NCBI GenBank assembly: GCA_030704615.1
Contig: CM060733.1
Location: 45,384,001 to 45,448,000, forward strand
Direction of reading: 5' to 3'
DNA: 64,000 bases
From: Takakia lepidozioides
Taxonomy: Eukaryota; Plantae; Bryophyta
A program made the translations under genes and the position numbers. Positions 1-18,430 of the stretch are shown one piece after another. Within the stretch, counting starts at the first letter, position 1. Every line of letters starts with the position of its first letter. The notes beneath the pieces are model-generated. The model searched no databases. It was not told where the DNA came from and saw nothing but the letters and a program-made list of their open reading frames with translations.

Positions 1-95
1 CACTTCGTTCTCCATTACTCTTTCCGTTTCTCCTGGGAGATTCGTTTCAGGCACGCTGCTCATCAAAATCGCAAAGAGCTCATCCGGCGTTTATC

Positions 96-1319
96 ATGAG
101 GACAATCAAAGTAATTCTCCTGGCACAGTTCTTGCATGTTGTTTTACAGGCTCAGGAGCAAATATTATTATGCCATGATGTTGAAAATGAGCAGTTGAAC
201 TTGTGCCATGACCTCGGAGATGAGAACAGATCAAGTTTTGAAGCCATGCGAAATGCAGTCATTTTGCATCAATACAGATTGTCATGCATTTATGAACTAC
301 TCATGAGTCGAGAACTAGGAGACTGGGTAAAGGCACAAAACACTACCTGATATTCTCACTTCCTTGTGACACAATATGACAACCAAAGGTGGATTGAGCA
401 CTTCCGCGTGACCAGGGAAGTAGTTGAGCAGATTACGCAAAAAGTGAAACCATTGATTGAGAAACAAAACACAACATACAAAGCAGCAATTCCTGTAGGT
501 ATCAGGGTAGCGTGTTCCTTGTATAAACTTTCTCATGGAGCGGAATATCTCCAATGCAGTGAAATGTTTGCAATTGGAAAATCTTCTGTGAATATGGTGT
601 TACATGAGTTTGTCGAGGCTGTGAATGTGGTCTTTAGAAACCAAATTCGTTGGCCTCAAGGTGATGACTTGCTTCACGTCATGAATGGTTTCAAACAGTT
701 TTGTGGTATGCGTTCCATACATGGTGCTATAGATTGCACGCAGATTCATATACAAAAACCAAGAGGTCCATTCGCCACAGATTATTACTCTTACAAAAGC
801 AAGGCATACAGTATGCAATTGCAGGCCATGGTAGACCATGACAAACGTTTCAGGGATGTGTACGTAGGCATGCTTGGGTCAATGAACGACTCAAGAATTT
901 TGAGGTTGTCCAATCTTTATCAGAAGGCCACGTACGAAGGATTATTCAATCTTGATCGGGGTTCTCAGGACGGCATCCAGCCTTATATCATTGGCGACAA
1001 AGGTTACCCCTTGTTGTCATGGCTCATGATTCCCCATAAGTACAATGCGGCTATGAACCATACGGTTGTGGAAGTGCTATATAACAGACACTTGTGAAGG
1101 GGCAGAAGCGTTGTTGAAAATGCATTCGGTATACTCAAGAAGACATTTCGGGAATTGTTGCACAAAGGCAACCTTAACGTCCACTTTCTTCCCAATGTTG
1201 TAATTTCGAGCTGCATGCTGTATAATCTAATTCTAGATGGTAGGGACGTGGACGTTGATGCTCTAATGCACCAGTTGGAGCAAGAAGCTCAACCTGAGGA
1301 ACTACAAGGTCGACCATAA
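96..1319 (+). pseudogene. PIF/Harbinger transposase (HARBI1/DDE_Tnp_4-like), interrupted by in-frame stops
   Basis: One reading frame runs through TGA stops at 348-350 and 1095-1097. Motifs: GAIDCTQIHI, YSYK..YSMQLQAMVD, GSMNDSRI, IIGDKGYPL, and after the second stop RSVVENAFGILK..F...SCMLYNLI. Confidence 0.9.
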
Positions 1320-1732
1320 GGTGCCAGAAGACGCCTACAAGTGAATAATAATATGGTAGATCAAGAAGCATTGTTAAATGAAGTGGAACCCATTCTGGAA
1401 GGCATCGAATTGTTAGGATTAAACCAACGTGAGGCACTGGAAACATTTTTGGGCAACAGACGGCCACGCAGAGATCATGATAATGCTTGAATTGAGCAAC
1501 ATTGAACTACATTTTTTTGAAAATTGAAGTTCACATCATTGTTTGACAGATGAATTGCATGATCTGGGACAAAAGTGGAAGTGCGTAGCTGGACATTTGA
1601 GTAAGCCTGGAATGTAGAATGAGCCTGAATCCAAAAGAATGGAAAGCCACCTAGCTAAATTGCAGAACCCAGTTGAATTGAATTGAAGTGTAGAGCACTG
1701 GAGCTAATCTAGTAACCTTCAGAAATGCGTAG

Positions 1733-2060
1733 CTAAATGGTATTTGTCGCTGGACGTTTTGTTTCATCGTCAGATGATTCGGACAAGTGAACTGCTGGAG
1801 GTATTAATGCTGGATCTTTAATGAATGCGTGACACATCGCAGTACTCAAATTTGCAAGGACACCGATCATCTTGTTGCTCATTTTCCGAGTCTTCTTGTC
1901 TCTGTTCTTCATGCAGTTCAGGTTCTCCTTGAAGGTTTCGACATTCACCTTTGTCCTATTATTATCAATGTCAACCTGGGTAGAATTGATCCGATCGATC
2001 GCATCCAGAAGCACTTTACTATTTTTATCTGTTGCTTCAATGACTGGCATAAAACTGAGG
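1733..2060 (-). pseudogene. Probable C-terminal fragment of the PIF/Harbinger second (Myb/SANT-type) ORF
   Basis: Helical, coiled-coil-like 105-aa ORF convergent with the transposase, as expected for the two-gene PIF layout. The N-terminal Myb domain is not visible because it is replaced by the CACTA fragment. Confidence 0.45.
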
Positions 2061-2479
2061 TTCGTTTCCTTTTGATCTCGTTGTCAGAAAGAAGACATAA
2101 CAAAATACATAGGGAAGTATAACTTACAAATCGCAAGATAAAATCCTTGGATCCGCTCGTGAGGATAGCTATGAGTCCTCCTCTGAGGATGAGGATGAGG
2201 ATGAGTAGTCCTAGTCCGTGTAGGTCCCAGGGTCAGCCTACTGAACCCTTGTGAGCAAAGCATTTCAACTCATTGCTTATAAATATATTTCCATCTTTCC
2301 ATCTTTCATCTTATTCATGTGTCGCACCTGCCTCACCCTCGATTCATGCTTGCTCAATTGTGTACCTACTAAATCAGAGCAATGGAAGCTCTAAGGTCTC
2401 ATAACACCCCAAAACAAAACCAGGGAAAAAACAAAAACCACCCCCAATTCACCCCCAAAATCAACCCCCAATCCCCCCC

Positions 2480-3144
2480 CCCCCACCACGTTGGCCTTGC
2501 GACGGAAGGGCGTTGCTAAGACCAGCGCCCTTGCGATGGGTTTTTTTGGCGGGGGTCGCAAGCAGCGACGGCCGGGCGTCGCAAGAACCCATGCCGGTAG
2601 CAACGCCTAATCCCCCCTACGACGGGTTTTTTTAGTCCGGGGGTCGCTAGCAACGACGTCGTGGCATTGCTGATCCAAAACTTTGCCTGCGCCATGTGTT
2701 TTTATTTTTTGATTGAAAATCTAGACAGCGACGCCAGCGCGTCGCGGGAACCCACGGCTGAGTGTCGCACCGCCCAACTCTAGTGGCGACGGGTGTTTTT
2801 TCTTTGCCACGCCCAGGAGTCGCTAGCAGCGACGCAACAGCGTCGCTTATCCTACCACCCGGCTTACGCCATGTGTTTTTTGTTTTTATGATGCGACGCT
2901 CGGGCATTTTAGAAAAAAACTTGGTTGCGACGCCGAACCATCGCCCCTCCAATGCCGTCGGCTGGAGGGTAGCGACGGCCGAGCGTCGCTAGCAGGAGGC
3001 CCCTGCCATCGCCATGGACCGCCCGGAAAGCGACATCCGGGCGTCGCTGGAAGGGGGGCGGGGGCTTGCGACCCCCATTCGTCGCATATTTGCGACGCTG
3101 CGGCGTGGCCGGGGCGTCGCAAACCCCCGCCTTTTCCTGTAGTG
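2480..3144 (-). mobile_element. CACTA (En/Spm) element terminus with subterminal repeats
   Basis: The minus strand begins CACTACAGGAAAAG at 3144, followed by many GCGACG/CGTCGC motifs in both orientations. No matching other end is seen in the window. Confidence 0.75.
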
Positions 3145-3149
3145 TAGTG

Positions 3150-5310
3150 TGGAACAAACTCATTCGGCCTAAGCAGGATTTATTAAGAAGCGTTCTTGGA
3201 TAATATCCTGTTGGTTAACGAAGCCCGCATCATGCTCAAGTTTCCAATCAACCCCTGGCCCTTCTCATGCTTGACTTTGAGAAGGCTTTTGATAACATAG
3301 GTTGGGACTATCTCTTTGCTGCAATCGGAAAATGCGGCATTTGTGGAGGATTCTTGACCTGGGTTAAGATCCTGCTTACTTCTTCCACAAGCAAAATCAT
3401 GGTCAATGGGGCCTTATCCAAGCCTTTTCGGCTTTTAGACAGGGCTGCCCCCTCTCCCCTTTTCTGTTCCTTATTGCGGCTGATGGTTTGGGTCACCTTC
3501 TGCAAAGTCATGACCACTTTCTGGGTTAGAGAGTGCCTTGCCCTCCCTCCTACAGTATCAAAACCACGCCATACAGTGCTTCTTATGGACAACAGCTCTG
3601 CTGATAATGTGGTTCGATCTCGATCTTTGGATCCTGGACAACGTTCTGCGAGGCTTCTAGTCTCAAGGTTAACTGGGGAAAATCAGTGGGAATTCTGTCT
3701 AAGCTGGCGGCTGATGCCTCTTCTTCGCACTGCCCGCCCTGGGGTCAGAATTTCAATTTGAAATGGTTGCAGGTCGGAGAATCTCATGTTCTTTTAGGGC
3801 GCCAGATTGGCCATGATTTGAGTGACTCCAACAGATGTGAAGCCTTTTTTGTTAAGCTTAAGAGGAAGTTTGCGTACTGGAGCTCGCTGCATCTCTCCAT
3901 TGTGGGAAGGGCGCTGATTGCAAACCAGGTCCTGCTAGCTTCATCCTGGTTCTCCTCTTCAGTTTGGTCTCCTGGAGCATCGACTATCAAGAAAATCAAA
4001 TCGTTGACTCGTAACTTCATTTGGGGGGCTTCTGAGACTAGACCAAACAGACGGGCTCTGGTGAGCTGGGCACAGATCACCCAAAAGAAGAAGTTCGGGG
4101 GTCTCGACATTTTGGACCCAGATTTGTGTCCTCCAGGCCCCTGCTACTTCTTCAGTTTGATCCCGGCGAATGGAGCTGGAAAGATAAAAAGCGCAACTCT
4201 TTTTTTAATTACACCGTGAAGCTAGGAGCATCCCTTCTTAAGCCTGCACTGACCTTGGACTCGAAATGGTCTGCGAAGTGATCTCACCTTCCAGACAGCC
4301 CCTCTTCATGGGCTATGGAAAGATGTTTGGAGAAATGACGGATCCTCGACAATCGGTGGCTTCTTATGGAAATTTGTTAATAGGATACTGCCCGTCTCTG
4401 CTAATTTCCAGATGGTCTGTTCATTCTGTCACCCGCAGGTGCAGGAAACAATTGAGCACTGCCTATGTACCTGCCCCCTGGCTACGGCCGTGTGGTTCAA
4501 AGTTATTCCTTCTACAGCACCTGGAAAGCACTTGCTGCTCCCTTTCCCTCTGTTCTCTTTTTGAACTTCTCTCTTGGGCAAATCTGGTCTAACTGACCAG
4601 TGTGGTCAGCTCTTCGAGCTCATACGCTGTGGCAGATCTGGAAGGCCAGATGTGCGCGTATCTTTGCAGGGAAACCAAGCAGTGCTAGAGTGGTTTTGAG
4701 CTTGATTCACTCAGAATTGTTGTCTGAGGCCCGAAAGGCTTGGTGGGTGTTGAGGGAAGCTGTTTGCAGGTGCAACAACAGAAGGGGGAGACAATTGCTC
4801 GCTCAGTTTGACTCCACTTGGGGGCAGGGAGCTCTCCTCTGCTTTCGAGATTCGTCAACGTCGGGAATTCATTGGAACGACGCCATCCCTCCAGGCTGGG
4901 AGCTCATTCAGTAATCTTTCCCCAGCAGGGGGTGATGAACCGGAAGTGAATTGGCGTCACCAGCGATCTCTTAGGAAGACTAGATCAAGAACTCATCTTT
5001 CCTTCCAGCCTTACAAATCTAAGCGCGGTAGCTGCTAGTTCAGATGCAGTCACCCTTGCAGGCTCTTAGTGTACCTGTTTTTTGGGCCTCTTGGTTGCCT
5101 CGTAGTTTATGTACCCTCTCGGTACCCCCTTTTCTCTTCAGACTTCTTGTTTTGATCACGAAGCATAGCCATCCTGGTTTAGCCTCTATGGCACTTATGG
5201 CAGAGGTTATTTTTTCCTCTATGTTCTCCTCGGGATATTTACATCCCTCACATTTATAAAGATCTGAGGCCAAAACAAAAAATAAAAATAAATAAAAATA
5301 AAAATAAAAT
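3150..5310 (+). mobile_element. 5'-truncated, frameshifted L1-type LINE (RT + zf-RVT + A-rich tail)
   Basis: DNILL, LDFEKAFD..W, (RQ)GCPLSP, LSIVGRALIANQVL, VSWAQIT..K..GGL, ETIEHCL..CP and LWQIWKARC, spread over several frames. A-rich (AAAAT)n tail at about 5272-5310. Confidence 0.85.
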
Positions 5311-5877
5311 ATTAAACGGATGGAAACTACGAAACTACCTAAGTAAGGAACTGAAAATAGACAAAAGAAAATAAAACCAGAATATAGAAGAGGCCGAATT
5401 ATGATAGAGTGCATGGGAAAAAAGAAAAAGAAAAAAGAAAAAGAGAGTGCATGGAACTTATCTGAGTGCTGCCAAAAATGGGGGCGTGACCAAAGTTAGG
5501 GCTGGAAGTAAGGGCGACACGTGGCGGAGCGCATATTCTGCGGCAGAATGGGACTAGGTCCGGAGCTTTGCAAGTCTTGCTACGTCTGTGTATTATCATG
5601 CGCGTGTGTTGTTGTTATTATTTGCATGTGTGAGGCACGGCAGTGTCGTTATTGCTCAAGAGAATTTGTTTTGGTGGCGTCGGATTTGAGAATGAGGCCT
5701 GCATTGGAGTCGCGATGTTAGGGAGAATGCGCAAGAAGGAGGGGATTTGAGGTGTTGGATATGCTAGAGAAAAGCGGAAGGGATTTGGAGCAGATTTGAG
5801 AAGCGGAGGAGATCGGGATCAGGAGGGAGGTTTTGATTGGCAATTGTGGACTTGGGGGTTGAAGTATGCCGAGAGAG

Positions 5878-10870
<4,993 letters not shown>

Positions 10871-11123
10871 TGGCTTCTCAATTGAAAATCTTTGCTGTCT
10901 GTAGTTAATACGTCCAACCGATTTGTTGCTGCCCTCTTTATTGTGCAGTGAATATACATTTTTGGTGCAACTATTGAACCCATCCATTTCTTGAACAACG
11001 TCCCATCATGTAGTCATCGCTCTTCCGTGTTTGTAGATGGAAGGTGGTGAGCATTATAGGCGGTCTTGTTCTTCTGACCATAGAAGGTTAGTTGAAAGTA
11101 AAAGAGATAGGGAGGACAGATAG

Positions 11124-11508
11124 TATTGAAAATACTGATTTCACTGCGCTGTTTACAGAGTAGCCAGTAAGTTATGAAGAAGCTATCCAACACTATTGAA
11201 ACACTAAGAAGTACGCGGCTTATCAATCTACAAGGCAATCCATGGAATCAATGATGCTCACGCATTTGCAAGTTTTTACTTACCACCCTATAAACATACA
11301 TAAAAACTAACTGAGTACGATCGTCTGCCACCAAAAAAAATACATGTGCTACTAAGTGCGGGAGATCCAACTAGCTAGAGATTCAAAATGTGACTGACTG
11401 GCATTTGTGATTGTGACTGCTCGGTGGACTGCCACCTATTTGCTGACTATGACTATTCGACCAACATGGTCTAGATGTCAAGGAAGGACTGGATCTTCGA
11501 TTTCAACA
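11124..11508 (-). repeat. Copia 3' LTR (385 bp)
   Basis: Direct repeat of 15816-16208, preceded on the minus strand by the PPT ACTGAGTGGGAG (11509-11520). Confidence 0.92.
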
Positions 11509-11599
11509 CTCCCACTCAGTCCGACATTGTATGCATGCTTCAAAGATCGCTTGCACAGAGATTGCTTGCTGGGGAATGCAACCCAAGCATGGAGCGAAA

Positions 11600-14500
11600 A
11601 CGAAGGAACTTGTCTGGACCAAGAGCCTTCGTAAAAAATATCGGCAATCTGATCGTTCGTGTGAACATATTGAATGTCAATTTCTCCCTTCGCCTGGTTC
11701 TTGCGAATGACATGGTACTGAACGTCTATGTACTTTGTTCGACGATGGTACTCTGGATTGTGAACCAGTCTGATGCAACTCTGGTTATCGATGTGAAGTG
11801 GGGTGGGTGTCTTCTGTGAATGTCCAATGGAGTCCATGAGTCTCCGTAACCAAATAATCTCCCTCATAGCCATGTGAACCGCAACATACTCCGATTCAGT
11901 TGTCGATCCAGCAGTACACGCTTGTTTCCGACTGCTCCAAACAATTGCTCTTTGGTTCAACATAATGATATCTCCGGATTTGGATTTTCTATCATCTATG
12001 TCACCAACATAATCTACGTCGCAAAATCCTGTGAGCAGATTTGTGTCTTGCTTCCCATTGTAGGTCAGAACAAAATGAGATGTTCCCTTCAAGTATTTCA
12101 TGATCCGTCTCACAGCGTTGCAGTGCACAGGACTGTGTCTTGATGCGTATTTCGCCATTGTACTCACTGCATATGAGATGTCAGGACGACTCCCGATGCT
12201 TGCAAACATCAAGCTTCCAACCATTTCCTGATATGGAAATTGGTAATCCATGATGTTTTCCTTTTTTTCTTTCTCTGAGTCACCCGAAAGATAGTAGAAA
12301 CTCATTTGAGTATTAGGGTCAGCAGGAGTAGTCACTGCCATTGCATTTTCGAAACCATACTTCGTGATCATCTTCTCAATGTAGACTTGCTGATCGATTG
12401 AAATAGTCCTGAGTTGCCGATCTATTCGCAAACCAACATAAGAGTCTGTCTCTCCCACTTTGGTTTCAAATTCCTTGCCCATGTATTCAAACATGTTGTC
12501 AAGCCTTGCTGACTCAACGCAACAGGCCAGTCCATCATCCACGAAAAGAGATGTGATGATTTTGGGCTTCTCCTTACTGTAGTAAATGCAAGGATCTGCC
12601 GCACTTGGTACCAAATTGTTCCTAAGCATAAAATTGTCAAACTTCGCATTCCAAACTCGTGAAGCCTGCTTCAGTCCATACAGACATTTTTTCAAACTGC
12701 ATACCATGTGCTCTGTGCATGGTGCTATGAAGCCCGACGGCTGGATCATGTAGATCTCTTCTTCGAGTTTTCCATAGAGAAACGCGGTTTTAATATCAAA
12801 TTGCATGATATTCATATCCTCAGATGCTGCAATGGCAAGAATGGTGCGAATGGAGTCATATTTGGCGACAGGAGAAAATGTTTCTGCATAGTCAATACCA
12901 TACTGCTGTGAGAATCCCTTGGCAACTAATCGTGCCTTGTATTTCTCAACTGTTAGATCTGATTTTGTTTTTAGTTTGAAAACCCATTTACATTGCACTG
13001 CTTTACAATCACGAGGTAGTTCTGTAAGCAACCATGTCTCGTTTTGAGTGAGAGAGTTGAATTCCTCGTCCATCGCTTGCTGCCATTCGACTCTCTGTTC
13101 TGAGTTGATTGCAGTTCAATAATCATGGGGCTCTTCCAATGAACTCGCTACTCCACCAAAAGACTGCACCTCGGCAAAATAAGCCCAGTCACCATACCTC
13201 GTTGGTGCTTGCCGTGATCGAGTTTCGTATCATGTCATTTGCCCATATGGTTTTTCCACACATCCATCAAGGACCACTTCAAGCTGAATTCCCACTGGTT
13301 CATATACCGCTTGCTCATTATTTCGTCCTTCTTGAGCTCCCATCAATTCTTCTGTTGCCTCAATTGTATCCACTGTTCCCTGCATTGCTCCCACTGGTTC
13401 AGGTACTTCCACTGAGTCCTCAAGATCATCATACAGATCCATGATGGAGACTCCACTTTGAGTTTGCAATGACTGTATTGTAGAGGTGTATGATCTCTCA
13501 TCAAACACAACATCTCGGCTGATTATCACCTTCTTAGTGTTATTGTGCCAGAGCCGATATGCTTTGCTCTCGGTGCAATATCCTATGAATGCACATTTCT
13601 TGCACTTAGGATCAAGTTTGGATCTCATCTGCTTTGGAATGTGAGAATAGGCATCTGATCCAAAAATCTTGAAATGAACAACAGATGGTCTTGCGCCTGA
13701 CCATGCTTCGATTGGTGTCTTCCCATCCAGTAATCGTGTTCCTGTTCTATTCAGGATGTAAGGATGTAAGCACTCGTTAGTACCGCCTCTGCCCAGAATT
13801 CCAGGCCAATATTGCTTGTATGCAACATACTCCTTATTGACTCCATGATGGTTCTATTTTCTCTCTCGGCAACACCGTTATGCTCCGGGTGTATAAGGAG
13901 CTGTCAGCTCATGGCGGATTCCCTCTTTCTCACAAAGCTCTTTAAAAGCTAAACTCATAAACTCTCCCCCTCGGTCACTGCGAACTATCTTGACATTGTT
14001 CTTTGTTTCTTGTTGTGTCTGCCTAAGGACCTTACGAAAGTGCTCTATGACTTCAGACTTCTTCTTCATGCAGAATACCATTCTGTACCCTGAGAAATCA
14101 TCTTTGAAAACTACATAATACCTTGACCCTCCGATGGAATCTATTTTCATCGGTCCACACACATCCGTGTGTAAGAGATCTCCAGCTTTCTCAGCTTTTA
14201 CTCTCTCATCATTGACAGGAAAGCTCTGTCTATGGCTCTTGCCATAGGCACATCCTTCATAGAAGGTAGATACCTCACTCAAATTGCCTATTTTCAGACC
14301 TTCTACACTTTGTGATGCCTCCATTTTCTTGATCATAGCATGATTTAGATGTCCCAAATGACAATGCCAGAGATGTAGATTGCTAGGGTTTGACTCACTC
14401 AAGAAAGCGATGCTCTCATTTTTGCCACTTAACAATCCCTTGTCGATACTCTTAGGTATAATGACCTTCAACTGCAGCTTATACAGTTTCCCTTCACGCA

Positions 14501-15743
14501 AACCTACCATCACAATTCTTCCTCGTCCCTCATTGCAAATTAATTTGCAACTCTCTTTGTTATAGATAGTGACAATTCCTTTGTCTGCTGCCTGTCCGAT
14601 TGAGAATAGATTCTTTTTCAACTTAGGGACATACAAAGCCTTTGTAATCACTCCTATCTCCCACCTGTCTCCAACAAGACTCAGAATCTCGATATCCCCA
14701 ACTCCCTCAACCCACACAGACTCATTGTTAGCGACCACGACAGGCCACTTCCCCTTAGCTATTGGTTCCAAATTCTTGAACCACTCTCTCTTATCGGTCA
14801 TGTGCTCACTTGGACCGCCATCAGCATACCAACAGTTACTCTCAGCCATGGTAACTCTAGAAGATTGAGCCCCGTGAACAGTGTATGCAGTGCTAATATT
14901 GACCTCTGGAGACATACTCTCCACTTGATTTGCTTGACTTGTCTCTGCTGCCTTCTTATCAGGACACTCGCGCTCCCAGTGTCCTCTTCTTCCGCAACCA
15001 TTGCAATGAGTTCGTTTCTTCAATTCCTCGATTCTCCTTCTCTTTTCCTGACGTTCAGCATACGTCAATCTTGGCTTACCATCACCGCTTCCGCTGCTAT
15101 TCATATTACCTGGCTGACCAACAAAAAATGCCTTATCTCTAGCTTCATCAAATGCTCCTCGTTCTTTATTCAGGGTTTCTTCTTTTAGCAGTCTTACGGT
15201 AAGTTTCTCGATTGTCTGCTCATCCTTCGGAACACTGTCCCACGCTGAGATCACGTGTCAGTATGAAAGAGGTAAATTGCAAATAATCTTGGTGATTACT
15301 GTTCAATCTGTTGTGGCCTCCCCAAGATCGTTAAGCTGGCAGACCATGGACTCTATGGTGCTAATGTGTTCAACTACATCATCACCATCACTCATCTTGT
15401 ATTCAAAAAAATTCTGCTGTAGCATATGGATATTTTCGCTTACGCACTGCTCATGAGTGGTGATGAGACGACTCCACATCTCTGCCGATGTCTTGCATGC
15501 AATGAGTTGCTGCATGCGCTTCTTGTCTACCGACCTGCAGATATACAAAGAAGCACAATTATCCTTGTCATCCCACTCATCCTGATCCAAAGCTTCTTCT
15601 CTCAATTCTATTCTCTCAACAACACGTAAAAGCTTATTTGCTCGGAATAGCACTTGCATCTGGAACTTCCATAGTTGGAAGTTATCTCCCGTGAACTTCT
15701 CAATATTCGTCATGTTCTTAGAATCTGTCTTCACTGACGCCAT
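11600..15743 (-). pseudogene. Copia gag-pol polyprotein, broken into ORFs 15303-15785, 13878-15254, 13230-13628 and 11478-13073
   Basis: In-frame stops near 15301 and 15258, frameshifts near 13880 and 11625, and a short duplication AGGATGTAAGGATGTA near 13754-13769. Confidence 0.9.
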
Positions 15744-15802
15744 TTCTTCTATCACCCTTACTTCTACAGAAAGAAAACCTCTCACACAGCATTAAGCGAT
15801 TG

Positions 15803-15815
15803 TGGGCCCATAACC
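15803..15815 (-). promoter_or_regulatory. Primer-binding site, half-tRNA-iMet type (GGTTATGGGCCCA)
   Basis: Directly abuts the 5' LTR and matches the internal tRNA-iMet-fragment PBS known from Drosophila copia/Ty5-like elements. Confidence 0.8.
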
Positions 15816-16208
15816 TATTGAAAATACTGATTTCACTGCTTGCTCATAGTTGTTTACAGAGTAGCCAGTAAGTTATGAAGAAGCTATCCAACACTATTGA
15901 AACACTAAGAAGTACGCGGCTTATCAATCTACAAAGCAATCCATGGAATCAATGATGCTCACGCATCTGTAAGTTTTTACTACACCACGCTATGAACATA
16001 CATAAAAACTAACTTAGTATCGTCTGTCACCAAAAAAAAATACAGGTGCTACTAAGTGCGGGAGATCCAACTAGCTAGAGATTCAAAATGTGACTGACTG
16101 GCATCTGTGATTGTGACTGCTCGGTGGACTGCCACCTATTTGCTGACTATGACTATTCGACCAGCATGGTCCAGATGTCAATGACGGACTGGATCTTTGA
16201 TTTCAACA
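15816..16208 (-). repeat. Copia 5' LTR (393 bp)
   Basis: Direct repeat of 11124-11508 with scattered substitutions and small indels. Reads TGTTG...CAATA on the minus strand. Confidence 0.92.
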
Positions 16209-17417
16209 TAGATAGGAAGGGTACAGAATCTAGGAAATTCATCTGGAGTTTGCACATACATTTGTCATGATGACTCCCATTCTTTGTACATGATAGAACC
16301 ATTGGACTTTAGGTCTGCAGCTCAGTATCCAGAACTTGAGGAAACAATAAAGATGAATGCAATTGCAGCTTTCATTTCTCGTCTATGCAGATGGCATGTT
16401 GGGGCAACCTGAAGCAGCTGTGTAAGGGAAAACTGTATGTGTGAGGATTGATGTGGCACACCATATCGTCATTGTCACAGTATGCTTTGATCTGTCGTGC
16501 ATTCTATGTTTCTGCTCTTATGAGTCCTCTTTCCCTTGTTGAAATGGACTCCACTTTTGCAGTGTTGTTCATACATGCAAGATATAAAGTAACTATAATT
16601 GAAAGGTCTGCTTTGTCGAAATGGGGATGGCATTCTGTACGGAAATACTTGGCTCCCATGGAATAACGTGATAGGACTCTGGTCCTCTGGTCCTGTTCAG
16701 GGACCAGTCCTCTTCGTTGATCTTCCTTGGTCTTCTTCAAAGCCTCATTTTCTCAAATTGTTTTCGGTTGTCTCATTTAATGAGGCATGCAATCTAGAAT
16801 TTGCATGTAAATGAGGCATGTTCTCGTTTTCACTCTGCTCTGAATTGCTCCTTCTTCCAGGAGTGGGTTTGAAGTGTTTAGAGCTCATCATGAGGACAAG
16901 AAGATCTTGTAAGATACATAATCTTGTCATGCAAGGCTACAACAATTCGTAGAATGCTAGGACGAAAAAAGTTTCAGTTTCTCTGAAAGAGCGAATTTGC
17001 GCATGGATTCACGTAGAATTTGGCCCAAATGGAAATCTATGCATGTAGATTGGTTAGAATGCTTCCAAATTTTTTATGGTAGTGAGTTTCCACTGGAACA
17101 ATATGACCAGAAGAATTCACATTGTGATGAAAATTTGTACACATTTGAGATTTAGGGTCAATTGTAATAGATGGTATTTTTGACCCACATTCCACAATGG
17201 TACTTCAACCAGGCTTGAGATAAAGCTGACTCAGTGTGCATGGCACAGGTGCCCTGAAGTCAGGTAGAGCAAAGTCTTAAGTCTTGTAAGTGTCTATTAA
17301 AAAAGAAGTGTAAGTTGTGAGATGGGGATGTGGAAAGGTTGTTGTTGTCACACACTACTTAACCTTAAGTGTTCAACCCTTTACAATGTCAATTTATCGT
17401 CCAGCAAAGTACCCACA

Positions 17418-18430
17418 TAGGGAATTCCAAAAAGGCCTTGATGTGAAATGCATTGCAATTCACTTGATCGCCCCCCTAAAAGTGCGCAATTCAATTGAAC
17501 TGCTAAAACTAGCTTGAAAACAACCCTAATTTGCAATTCAATTGAATTGTAATCTATAATTTTTAACTTATTTCTGTATATAATATATAATATATATGTA
17601 TATGTATATATTCAAATCATACTTATACACATATAAGAGTATAAGCTAAAAATACATGTTGCCCGTCTATTCTTGCTGCCGCTCTTTCTTGTGCCCTTGA
17701 GGAAATTGTGGAGTTGTGAAGCCAGCCTCAGCCTCAGCCTGAGCGAGAAAGGGAGAGCCAGAGAGGGAGAGAGGTCAGCAGCTTCCTGTGATTCACTGGC
17801 AAAAGAAACATGGCTGGCTCTGAAAGAAACAGACAAAATCAAACCTGACAATTGATGAAAGGCTTCCCCTGCATCATCATGTAGTCCCCTAACACTAGTG
17901 TCTGGCCCAGGACAAAGAAAACAAATGATATGTTCATCTTGAGAATTATCAAAAATAATATTCGATACCCTTACAAAGGTATCATGTTGAAGTTGGGATG
18001 TGTGTTCCATATAAAGTTTAATATATCAAACTCTTACCCGTTGATACTCTTACATTGGTATCATGTTTGGTATATGTATATAGCCATATATTGGCACCAA
18101 CATCCACAAAGAGGGACAATCCCGCTTGTACAAGCGCTTCGTGACTTCCTCTCTCTCTCTCCCTCTCTCGCTCTCCCTTAGGCTTATCTCGGGCTCAAGC
18201 CTTACCATGGGCAAAGGATTGACAGACGGACAGCAAGAATAGATGGGCGACAGTATTCAATTGAATTGTCAACTAGCAATTCAATTGAATTGCAAATTAG
18301 GGTTGTTTTCAAGCTAGTTTTAGCAGTTCAATTGCACTGCCCTTGCAATTCAATTGCATTGCGCACTTTTAGGGGGGTGATCAAGTGAATTGCAATGCAT
18401 TTCACATCGAGGCCTTTTTGGAATTCCCTA
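17418..18430. mobile_element. Non-autonomous TIR element (MITE), TAGGG...CCCTA, ~130-170-bp imperfect TIRs, flanked by CCCACA
   Basis: TAGGGAATTCCAAAAAGGCC... at 17418 and its reverse complement ending at 18430. CCCACA at 17412-17417 and 18431-18436. TIRs contain the palindrome CAATTCAATTGAATTG. No coding capacity. Confidence 0.9.

Larger units (their letters stand above)
11124..16208 (-). mobile_element. Full-length, decayed Ty1/Copia LTR retrotransposon
   Basis: Paired LTRs, PBS and PPT present. Order is gag (CCHC CNGCGRRGHWEREC), PR (WYADGG), GAG-pre-integrase/INT (LHTDVCG, RSDRGGEF), RT (YKARLVAKG, FVDD), RNase H (ADIF). Confidence 0.95.

Noticed and set aside
2391-3163. Arg/Pro-rich ORFs on both strands
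   Set aside because: By-products of GC-rich CACTA subterminal repeats.
17418-18430. Confident hAT assignment from YAGGG ends
   Set aside because: With TAGGG/CCCTA ends the duplication is 6 bp, not 8, and no hAT transposase is nearby; left unresolved.
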